Assembly: GCA_040388375.1 (NCBI GenBank) | Contig: JAZKBU010000007.1 | Location: forward strand, 248,823 to 312,822 | Direction of reading: 5' to 3' | From: Bacteroidota bacterium | GTDB lineage: Bacteria > Bacteroidota > Bacteroidia > UKL13-3 | Length of the DNA: 64,000 nt | Shown here: positions 56,080 to 64,000 of the stretch, piece after piece | How positions within the stretch are numbered: the stretch's first letter is position 1 | Layout: each line of letters starts with the position of its first letter | Position numbers and translations under genes: made by a program | The notes under the pieces: generated by a model | The model's database searches: none | What the model was told of the DNA's origin: nothing | What the model saw: only the letters and a program-made list of their open reading frames with translations

Positions 56080-57027
56080 TTACTCCATTAAGCCTCTACC
56101 CGTTTTATTTATTTTGCTTTCTTTGCGTAAGTCCAATTGAATTTTATCCAATACACCATTCATAAAAGTATGGCTGTTCGGACTGCTGTATAATTTGGCT
56201 ATCTCTAAATACTCATTAATACTTACTTTAACCGGTATTTGACTAAAATGCAATATTTCGCACATTGCCATTTTCATTAAAATCATATCAACGGTAGCTA
56301 TACGGTCAGCATCCCAATTTTGTGTTTTAGAGCTGATTAATAGCAATAACTCATCTTCGAACTGCAATGTTTTATAAAACAAATCAGATACAAACTCCGT
56401 ATCTTCTGACTTGTCATTGTAAAAACCGGCTAATATTTCTACTTGTTTGTGTAGCTTAACCGATGATAATGTTTTTTGGAAAGCCATTACTACCATTACT
56501 TCATCATCTTCCCAGTTTAAAAACTGTTCTTCCAGTTTATGGTTAAATACTTCGCTGTCGGCTATTAAACTTTCAATTATTTCTAACAACAACTGCTTGT
56601 CGTTAAATATACTTTGGTTGTTTTCATCTTTGGCCGCATCTACAATAGTATCTATGGCTTTAAGCTCCGTTAAAATTTGTCTAAAAAAATCACCACTTTG
56701 ACTCCAGTCTATTTTTAATGCTTTAATCTTTTCCTGTAAAATAACATCGTTCTCAAAAGCGCTAATGGCACTATTGGTGTACAGTGAATTTAAAAAAGCA
56801 ATTTGATCTGGTTGAGGGATGTGTTTGTTTTGGTGAATTTCTAATTCTTTACCAACAAAGAATTTTAACTCAACAATAAAGGCAAGCAAGTAAATATAAA
56901 TATCGTATGCCTTGTCTAACGATTTAACAAGATTTTTTTGAGCCACAGCTCTGCTTATACTTTCATCTTGCTTGAAAGCGTATAAGGCCTGAAATGTTTT
57001 TATGCGTAAAAAACGTCTGAATAGCAT
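56080..57027 (-). CDS. nusB: Transcription antitermination factor NusB (long Bacteroidetes form)
   Basis: N-terminal NusB core (RRFLRIKTFQALYAF...) with a C-terminal extension. Confidence 0.7.
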   Translation of the reverse strand: MLFRRFLRIKTFQALYAFKQDESISRAVAQKNLVKSLDKAYDIYIYLLAFIVELKFFVGKELEIHQNKHIPQPDQIAFLNSLYTNSAISAFENDVILQEKIKALKIDWSQSGDFFRQILTELKAIDTIVDAAKDENNQSIFNDKQLLLEIIESLIADSEVFNHKLEEQFLNWEDDEVMVVMAFQKTLSSVKLHKQVEILAGFYNDKSEDTEFVSDLFYKTLQFEDELLLLISSKTQNWDADRIATVDMILMKMAMCEILHFSQIPVKVSINEYLEIAKLYSSPNSHTFMNGVLDKIQLDLRKESKINKTGRGLME

Positions 57028-57130
57028 GGCTATTATTTTTTGTATTGACTAAATTAATTATAGAAGTTCTAAAGGCTTAGCAATACCCATTTTCAATTAC
57101 CTAAAGAACGATTTTGTTTTTATTATATTA

Positions 57131-57167
57131 AAGCAAGTCTTATTAAAAACAGAAATAAGACTTGCTT
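57131..57167 (-). terminator. Strong hairpin between the leucine dehydrogenase stop and the nusB start (terminator or leader structure)
   Basis: Perfect 14-bp stem aagcaagtcttatt / aataagacttgctt with a 9-nt loop. The downstream U-tract is only moderate. Confidence 0.5.
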
Positions 57168-57178
57168 TTAAATGCTGC

Positions 57179-58246
57179 TTAGTATGTTGAACCTACACGC
57201 ATCATATCGTGAATGCGTTTTTCAGCCAATTCAGTAGCTGCTTTTTGTGTATGTACTTTGTCTTTTACTGATTTTTGGAAAATAGCTAAAGTAGTATCAT
57301 AAATTTTCTCTGTATTACTAAATGCTGTTTCGCGGTTGTAACCAATATGCTCTTGGTACACGTTAATTAAACCACCTGCATTAATTAAAAAATCAGGTGC
57401 ATAAGCAATACCTTTTTCCATTAACATAGGACCGTGAATGTTTTCATCAGCTAATTGGTTATTGGCCGCACCAGCTACTACTTTACATTTTAGTTTATTA
57501 ATATTTACCGAATCTAAAATAGCACCTAAAGCACAAGGAGCAAAAATATCTACATCTAAACCGTATATTTCATCACCTTTTACTACTGTAGCACCAAACT
57601 CTTTGCTATATTTTTTAAGCATTTCCTCGTTAATATCAGTAACAAATAATTGAGCACCTTCTTTGTGTAAGTACTCTACTAAATGACCACCTACTTTACC
57701 TAAACCTTGTATAGCTACTTTTTTACCTGCTAAATCATCAGTTCCAAAAGCATGTTTTACTGCTGCTTTCATCCCTACAAATACACCATAAGCAGTTACC
57801 GGACTAGGATCTCCTCCTCCACCCATGCTTTCAGGTAAACCCACCACGTGTTCAGTTTCCATGTTTACATACTCCATATCGCGGGTAGTTGTATTCACAT
57901 CTTCAGCAGTAATATATTTACCGTTTAAATTTTCTACAAAACGGCCAAACTTACGCATTAAAGCTTCAGTTTTTAAAGTTTTAGCATCGCCAATAATTAC
58001 TGCTTTAGCTCCGCCTAAGTTCAATCCTGAGATTGAAGCTTTGTAAGTCATTCCTCTACTTAATCGCAAAACATCGTTAACAGCATCAGCCTCGCTTGTA
58101 TAATTCCATACGCGCGTTCCACCTAAACCTGGCCCTAAAACTGTATTATGAATAGCAATAATTGCTTTTAATCCAGTGTACTCATCTTGGCAAAATACTA
58201 TTTGCTCATGATCGTGTTGTTGCAATTGAGAGAAAATATCCGACAT
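57179..58246 (-). CDS. Leucine (branched-chain amino acid) dehydrogenase
   Basis: Glu/Leu/Phe/Val dehydrogenase N-terminal signature (LGPGLGGTRVWNY...LSRGMTYKASISGLNLGGAKAVI) and a Rossmann fold (GLGKVGG). Start at the internal MSDIF. Confidence 0.85.
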   Translation of the reverse strand: MSDIFSQLQQHDHEQIVFCQDEYTGLKAIIAIHNTVLGPGLGGTRVWNYTSEADAVNDVLRLSRGMTYKASISGLNLGGAKAVIIGDAKTLKTEALMRKFGRFVENLNGKYITAEDVNTTTRDMEYVNMETEHVVGLPESMGGGGDPSPVTAYGVFVGMKAAVKHAFGTDDLAGKKVAIQGLGKVGGHLVEYLHKEGAQLFVTDINEEMLKKYSKEFGATVVKGDEIYGLDVDIFAPCALGAILDSVNINKLKCKVVAGAANNQLADENIHGPMLMEKGIAYAPDFLINAGGLINVYQEHIGYNRETAFSNTEKIYDTTLAIFQKSVKDKVHTQKAATELAEKRIHDMMRVGSTY

Positions 58247-58377
58247 GTTTAATTGTTTTTTAAAGCGTGCAAAAGTATATTTATTTTTCACATTTCATAA
58301 AACCTTTTTACACCAAAAAACGGAACTATTTTAAGGTTATGGAATAAAGCCTCTAAGCATTATATTCGCGCACTTTT

Positions 58378-60159
58378 ATGATTCAACAAGTACTAAAAAA
58401 ACATATAGCTGCGGCCCTTTTAAATCTATACAAAATAGAAACAGATGAAAACCAATTGGTAATTGAAAGCACCAAAGCGGAATTTGAAGGCGATTTTACT
58501 TTTGTTGTTTTTTCTATTTTAAAACAAACGCAAAAAGGTCCGGAACAAACAGCCAATGAAATTGGGAATTATTTAAAAGAGCATTTGATTCAATTGGAAT
58601 CATTTAATGTAATAAAAGGATTTTTAAACTTAAGCCTGCACCAAAACTTTTGGTTTGATTTTATTGATCAAACGTATGCCAATGGTTCATTTGGCTTTCA
58701 GCAAAACCCAACAGGTAAAAAAGTATTGGTAGAGTACTCTTCGCCAAATACGAACAAACCACTACATTTAGGACATATTAGAAACAACCTGTTAGGTTAT
58801 GCTGTTGCGCAAATACTAAAAGCCAACGGACACCAGGTTAATACCTGTAATCTGGTAAATGACCGTGGTATTCATATTTGCAAAAGTATGCTTGCCTGGA
58901 TGCGTGAAGGAAATGGAGAAACACCGCAATCGAGCGGGATAAAAGGCGACCATTTGGTGGGTAAATACTATGTAGCTTTCGATAAACAATACAAAAAAGA
59001 AATTGAAGAACTGAAAGCAAGTGGTTTAAGTAGCGAGGAAGCAGAAAAACAAGCCCCTTCTATTATAGCCGCCCAACAGTTGTTACAAAAATGGGAAGCC
59101 AACGACAAGGAAACCGTTGACGTTTGGAAATTAATGAATGGCTGGGTGTACGAAGGTTTTGAGGTTACTTATAAAAAATTAGGTGTTCAGTTTGATAAGT
59201 TTTATTACGAATCAAATACCTATATTTTAGGAAAAGACATCGTACAGGAAGGCTTACAAGCCGGTGTGTTTTTCAAAAAAGACGATGGTTCCGTTTGGAT
59301 TGATTTAACTGCTGACGGTTTAGACCAAAAACTTTTACTACGGGGCGATGGCACTTCGGTTTACATAACCCAGGATATAGGCACAGCCGAACTTAAATAC
59401 CAGGATTTCCATTGCGAAAACTCGGTTTACGTAGTAGGTAATGAACAGGATTACCATTTTAAAGTATTACAATTAATTTGTAAAAAACTAAATAAGCCGT
59501 TTGCCGATGGCATTTATCACCTTAGCTACGGCATGGTGGAGTTACCTGAGGGTAAAATGAAAAGCCGTGAAGGCACAGTAGTAGATGCGGACGACTTAAT
59601 TGACGAAATGGTTGCTACTGCAACTGAAACTACACAAGCTTTAGGCAAAACTGATAATATACCTGCCGCTGAATTAGAAAAACTATATGAAACTATTGGT
59701 ATGGGTGCCTTAAAATACTTTTTGTTAAAGGTTGACCCTAAAAAGAAAATGATGTTTAACCCAAAGGAATCAATAGATTTTCAAGGAAACACAGGCCCTT
59801 TTATTCAATATACCCATGCGCGTATCAAATCAATATTACGCAATGCAGGAAGTGTAGACTATTCAAATTTTGACATAAACAACACTACACTAAACAAAGC
59901 TGAACGTAATTTATTATTTACGGCTTACCAATATCCGCAAGCCATTGCAGATGCAGGCAAAGAAATGAGCCCGGGTATTATTTGTAATTATGCTTATGAT
60001 TTAGCAAAAGCATTCAATCATTTTTACCATGAGTGCTCAGTTTTAAAAGAGGAAAATACAGACCAACGTAATTTCAGAATTCAATTGGTGCAATTAAGTG
60101 CTCATATTATTAAATCGAGCTTTGCTTTGTTGGGAATAGATGTACCTGAAAAAATGTAG
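58378..60159 (+). CDS. argS: Arginine--tRNA ligase
   Basis: HIGH motif (PLHLGHIRN), class I aaRS architecture, and the C-terminal anticodon-binding DALR region. Confidence 0.95.
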   Translation: MIQQVLKKHIAAALLNLYKIETDENQLVIESTKAEFEGDFTFVVFSILKQTQKGPEQTANEIGNYLKEHLIQLESFNVIKGFLNLSLHQNFWFDFIDQTYANGSFGFQQNPTGKKVLVEYSSPNTNKPLHLGHIRNNLLGYAVAQILKANGHQVNTCNLVNDRGIHICKSMLAWMREGNGETPQSSGIKGDHLVGKYYVAFDKQYKKEIEELKASGLSSEEAEKQAPSIIAAQQLLQKWEANDKETVDVWKLMNGWVYEGFEVTYKKLGVQFDKFYYESNTYILGKDIVQEGLQAGVFFKKDDGSVWIDLTADGLDQKLLLRGDGTSVYITQDIGTAELKYQDFHCENSVYVVGNEQDYHFKVLQLICKKLNKPFADGIYHLSYGMVELPEGKMKSREGTVVDADDLIDEMVATATETTQALGKTDNIPAAELEKLYETIGMGALKYFLLKVDPKKKMMFNPKESIDFQGNTGPFIQYTHARIKSILRNAGSVDYSNFDINNTTLNKAERNLLFTAYQYPQAIADAGKEMSPGIICNYAYDLAKAFNHFYHECSVLKEENTDQRNFRIQLVQLSAHIIKSSFALLGIDVPEKM

Positions 60160-60173
60160 TAATAAACTACCTT

Positions 60174-61445
60174 TTATTCACTCCACTTTAAACCTATTGT
60201 ATCTTTAGGAGTAGATAAGTAAACCTCTTCATTAGCCGTTAAACCATTTAAAATCACTGTATGGGTTTCATTGCTAGCGGCTGTTTTTACGGCTTGTTTA
60301 ACAATAGAAGTACCTTTCTTTTTGTAAACAAAACTCTTAGCCCCTTCAGCATGCACACTTTCTATAGGCACGCTTAATACCTTTTTTAAAGTATTGGTCG
60401 AAATAGTATTGGAAGTTGTCATAGCCGGTCTTAATGAGGTATCGGCAGTAATTACATCAATCACAACCTCAAACACTTTGGCTTCGCTGTTGGGTTTTTG
60501 CTCCCCAATACTGGCTACTGACTTTACTATTCCTTTTAATTTTTTGCCCGGTTGTGCATCCAACCCAATTTCAACCTGTTGGTTTAATTTTACTTTTTGA
60601 ATATCCACTTCGTTTATATAAGTAACACTTTCCATGGTACGTAAATCGGGCAAATTAGCCACAGTTGGATCCCATGTATTTACAGTACTGCCTACTATTT
60701 TCTTTTTACCATCCCACTCCTTGGCATATATAACCATTCCACTTTTAGGTGCAGTAATAGTTAACTGTTCCAAAGTAGTAGTTAGTTCATTTAACCTGTT
60801 TTGAGCCTTGGCTAATTCGCTACCTACAATTTGCATTTTGGTTACGCTTTGCTCCTTCTTGGTTTTATAGTTTTGCTTTTTTTGGTCTAGGTTTCTAACT
60901 GCTTTTTCATACTCAATTTCAGCTTGTCGCAATACAGCAGGCGGCTCGTAAATAGACTGGTCTTTGGTTAATTTTCTTTCTTCAACAGCATATTGTAAAT
61001 TAATCAATTCATCGCGTGCATCACGCATGGTTAAGGTAGTATCTAATTGTGTTTGCGTGTACTCTGATTGCTTTTTCTGAACGTTTAATTGCTCATCATT
61101 CAGCTTATTCATTACTTCCGTTTTATCTAATTCGGCTACAAACTCTCCTTCTTTTACTACAGTTCCTTCTGCAACCAAATTACTTATTTTTATTTGCCAA
61201 ATATTTACCTGACGCAAACTACTAGGCGCTGAAATTTCAGTATAATTTTTAGCTCTCAACTCACCCGTATTGGTTACTGTAACATTAAAATCGCCATCAG
61301 AAACAGTGGTTACAATATCGTTGGTAGCTGCTTTAGCTACAAACAAAAAATAAATGGCCAGTACCATTACCACACAAGCAGCTATTATTATTTTATTTTT
61401 ATTCTTTTTCAAACCTTTATTCCGTTTAATAGTTATTATAAGCAA
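60174..61445 (-). CDS. HlyD-family membrane fusion (periplasmic adaptor) protein
   Basis: N-terminal TM anchor, a long coiled-coil hairpin region, and a C-terminal beta-barrel segment (GMVIYAKEWDGK...). Confidence 0.7.
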   Translation of the reverse strand: MLIITIKRNKGLKKNKNKIIIAACVVMVLAIYFLFVAKAATNDIVTTVSDGDFNVTVTNTGELRAKNYTEISAPSSLRQVNIWQIKISNLVAEGTVVKEGEFVAELDKTEVMNKLNDEQLNVQKKQSEYTQTQLDTTLTMRDARDELINLQYAVEERKLTKDQSIYEPPAVLRQAEIEYEKAVRNLDQKKQNYKTKKEQSVTKMQIVGSELAKAQNRLNELTTTLEQLTITAPKSGMVIYAKEWDGKKKIVGSTVNTWDPTVANLPDLRTMESVTYINEVDIQKVKLNQQVEIGLDAQPGKKLKGIVKSVASIGEQKPNSEAKVFEVVIDVITADTSLRPAMTTSNTISTNTLKKVLSVPIESVHAEGAKSFVYKKKGTSIVKQAVKTAASNETHTVILNGLTANEEVYLSTPKDTIGLKWSE

Positions 61446-61792
61446 ATAAACATTAAGTAATCAATAAACAAAACTTTATTCATTATTGATTTTTCTTCAA
61501 TAATAGCTCGTTTCACAACAAACAAGCTACAAGTTTTATTGCTAACGATTGTTGTTAAGAAATTATTATGTCGCGATTCGCAATAAACATAAGTGAGCCC
61601 TTTATAAAAAGTGAGTGCACTCAATGTGCATAAAACAAATTTCATTATCAGCACAATAACGTAAATTTGTGTAGATACTAACACTAGTCTAACATTCATT
61701 TTTATTATGTGTACAATATTTTGTCACTTGATTCCCCTTCAAATAACATTGATTTTTGATGCTGTCACTTAATAAATAACCAATACATTTTC

Positions 61793-63367
61793 ATGGCTGA
61801 GACCACTATAAATAGGAAAAAACGTACATTAACCACCACCAACTTTCTTGAGTCGGGTAAATTACCTCCGCAAGCAAGAGATTTAGAGGAGGCGGTTCTT
61901 GGCGCTTTGCTATTGGAAAAAGATGCCATAAATATAGTAGCCGAGGTTTTAAAAGCAGACAGTTTTTACGACCCTAAACACCAGAATATATACAATGCCA
62001 TATTAGCCCTTTGGCAAAATGGTAGCGCTGTTGATATATTAACTGTAACCCAACAACTAAAAAAAGAAGGTACACTTGATATTTCAGGAGGTGCTTATTA
62101 TGTTACTTCATTAACCAATCGTGTGGCCTCATCGGCCAATATTGAATACCACGCAAGGATTATTGCCCAAAAGTTTTTACAAAGAGAATTAATAAGAATA
62201 AGTGGCGAAATAACAACCGATGCTTTTGAAGACAGTACTGATGCTTTTGAATTATTAGACAAAGCAGAAAGAAAACTATTTGAAGTATCGCAAGGCAATA
62301 TAAAAAAGGATTACAGAGGCATACGCAGTGTAGTAAATGATGCCATTGCAGAAATAGATAGTTTACGTGGAAAAGAAGGCGGTCTAACAGGTATTCCATC
62401 TGGTTTTTTAAGATTAGACAGGGTTACATCAGGCTTCCAGAAATCAGATTTAGTAATTATTGCGGCAAGGCCCGGTATGGGTAAAACAGCCTTTGTATTA
62501 AGCGTGGCTCGTAATGCTTGCTTATCTAACACCGAAACACCGCGTGCAGTAGCCGTATTCTCATTGGAGATGAGTTCAAGGCAATTAGTAACCCGTATGA
62601 TAAGTGCGGAGGCGGAGATTGAATCAGAAAAACTAAAAAAAGGTACATTAGAAGAACACGAGTGGCAACAGTTAAATACCAAAATAGCCAAACTAAGTGA
62701 TGCTCCTATATTTATTGATGATACACCTGCTATTTCAGTATTTGAATTGCGTGCAAAATGCAGACGACTCAAACAACAGAACAATATTCAAATGATTATT
62801 GTCGATTACTTACAGTTAATGCGTGGCGATGATGCCAACAATAAAAATGGTAATCGTGAGCAAGAGGTAAGTTATATATCGCGAAGTTTAAAAGCTTTGG
62901 CCAAAGAGCTGGATGTACCTGTTTTAGCCTTGGCACAGTTAAGTCGTCAAAGTGAAAAACGCGGAGCAGGCTCAACACCCGGAACAAGTACTGGTCGCCC
63001 TATCCTATCCGATTTACGTGAATCTGGATCAATTGAGCAGGATGCGGATATGGTAATGTTTATTTACCGTCCGGATTATTACAAATTAACAGAATGGGAT
63101 GACGGAACGCCTTGTAAAGATGAAGCAGAAATAATGATAGCCAAACATAGAAATGGGGAGCTTGATAACGTACGCTTACGCTTTATAGGTAAATACACCA
63201 AGTTTACTGATAAAACAGATTTCGATAATTTCTCAACGCCTGATTACAATCCAAGTGGCAACAATAACAATGGTACTATTACCATTAGCTCAAGTATTAA
63301 TTGGGATAGCGATGTAGAGGATGACTTAAATTCAAGCACTTCTTTCGATTCAGAAGCACCATTTTAA
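61793..63367 (+). CDS. dnaB: Replicative DNA helicase DnaB (with a C-terminal N/S/D-rich extension)
   Basis: N-terminal DnaB domain (PPQARDLEEAVLGALLL), Walker A (ARPGMGKTAF), Walker B (IIVDYLQLM), and an arginine finger region. Confidence 0.95.
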   Translation: MAETTINRKKRTLTTTNFLESGKLPPQARDLEEAVLGALLLEKDAINIVAEVLKADSFYDPKHQNIYNAILALWQNGSAVDILTVTQQLKKEGTLDISGGAYYVTSLTNRVASSANIEYHARIIAQKFLQRELIRISGEITTDAFEDSTDAFELLDKAERKLFEVSQGNIKKDYRGIRSVVNDAIAEIDSLRGKEGGLTGIPSGFLRLDRVTSGFQKSDLVIIAARPGMGKTAFVLSVARNACLSNTETPRAVAVFSLEMSSRQLVTRMISAEAEIESEKLKKGTLEEHEWQQLNTKIAKLSDAPIFIDDTPAISVFELRAKCRRLKQQNNIQMIIVDYLQLMRGDDANNKNGNREQEVSYISRSLKALAKELDVPVLALAQLSRQSEKRGAGSTPGTSTGRPILSDLRESGSIEQDADMVMFIYRPDYYKLTEWDDGTPCKDEAEIMIAKHRNGELDNVRLRFIGKYTKFTDKTDFDNFSTPDYNPSGNNNNGTITISSSINWDSDVEDDLNSSTSFDSEAPF

Positions 63368-63404
63368 GCATATTATAAATTAGATACGAGTCTTGAACTC
63401 GTAT

Positions 63405-64000
63405 CTAAAAATCTTCAATCAATATGCCCATTTTACCCATTTGGTAATCGCGGATGGCCTGCATAATTTCTGTTTGATTATTCATTACAAACGGCCCATA
63501 AGTAGCTATTGGTTCATCAATGGCTTCCATATCAAAAAACAATAATCTGGTAGGCTCATTAAATTCAATAGTTACTTCCGTTGCATCTTTATCAAATACA
63601 ACCAAGTTTGAACCGAATACAATTTGTCCATCCACTTGTATGCTATTGTCTAAATTATAAATAGCATGTTCCCAACCTTTATGTAAACTAAAAGTATGTT
63701 TGGCCTTGCCTTTAGTATGAACTTCTAACATAGTCATTGGACTTTGCATTTCATTAAAGCCTTGCACCCCATTGTAATTACCTGCTACTACTTTTATCTG
63801 CAAGTTTTCTTGCTCAATGGTAGGAATGGCGTCTTTATGTAATGCATAATATTTAGGTTGTTCTTGTTTAAATTTAGCGGGCGAATTAATCCAGATTTGA
63901 ATAATTTCCTGCGTCCCTCCTGTAGCTGCTAATTCCAACGAAGGACGTTCACTGTGTATAATGCCTTTACCTGCATTCATCCATTGTACTCCACCCGCTT
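63405..64000 (-). CDS. Pirin-family protein (C-terminal portion; the N-terminus runs off the window end)
   Basis: Cupin/pirin-like segments (GKGIIHSERP...). The ORF is open to the window edge. Confidence 0.65.
   Translation of the reverse strand, partial: AGGVQWMNAGKGIIHSERPSLELAATGGTQEIIQIWINSPAKFKQEQPKYYALHKDAIPTIEQENLQIKVVAGNYNGVQGFNEMQSPMTMLEVHTKGKAKHTFSLHKGWEHAIYNLDNSIQVDGQIVFGSNLVVFDKDATEVTIEFNEPTRLLFFDMEAIDEPIATYGPFVMNNQTEIMQAIRDYQMGKMGILIEDF

Overview
This window reads as a chromosomal segment from a Bacteroidota genome. Three things point that way: a protein with a type IX secretion C-terminal sorting domain, a gliding-motility GldC homolog, and repeated promoters of the Bacteroidetes TTTG...TAnnTTTG type. 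All calls below come from reading the six-frame translations and the DNA by eye; no searches or computations were run.

Most of the window is housekeeping: gdhA, guaA, argS, dnaB, coaE, yajC, nusB, leucine dehydrogenase, an NifU-like protein, a polyprenyl synthase and a cystathionine beta-synthase. Two accessory or defence islets interrupt it.

(1) From about 15.3 to 33 kb there is an island of small secreted, lipoprotein and membrane proteins. Its centrepiece is a 1052-aa single-chain SIR2-APAZ-short Argonaute fusion (18826-21984, minus strand). This is a short-pAgo NADase-type immune effector. Same-orientation copies of a ~27-bp palindromic element flank it, with tandem hairpins on one side. 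Further along, a 780-bp intergenic region holds a ~17-unit 21-bp tandem array with a 105-bp higher-order period, plus a triplet of palindromic operator-like sites. At least five island genes are driven by near-identical copies of one extended Bacteroidetes-type promoter.

(2) From about 43.9 to 52.5 kb there is an IS200-like REP-associated tyrosine transposase flanked by hairpins, a type II restriction-modification operon with a controller protein (C protein, C5-cytosine methyltransferase, putative endonuclease), and a hipBA toxin-antitoxin pair.

Other notable loci are a DegT-aminotransferase / iron-alcohol-dehydrogenase / GNAT operon of unknown pathway, an iron-uptake-like cluster (imelysin, di-heme peroxidase-like, Rieske, outer-membrane barrel), and a DUF2478-MobA fusion with FdhD but no formate dehydrogenase. 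No rRNA, tRNA or CRISPR array was recognised.
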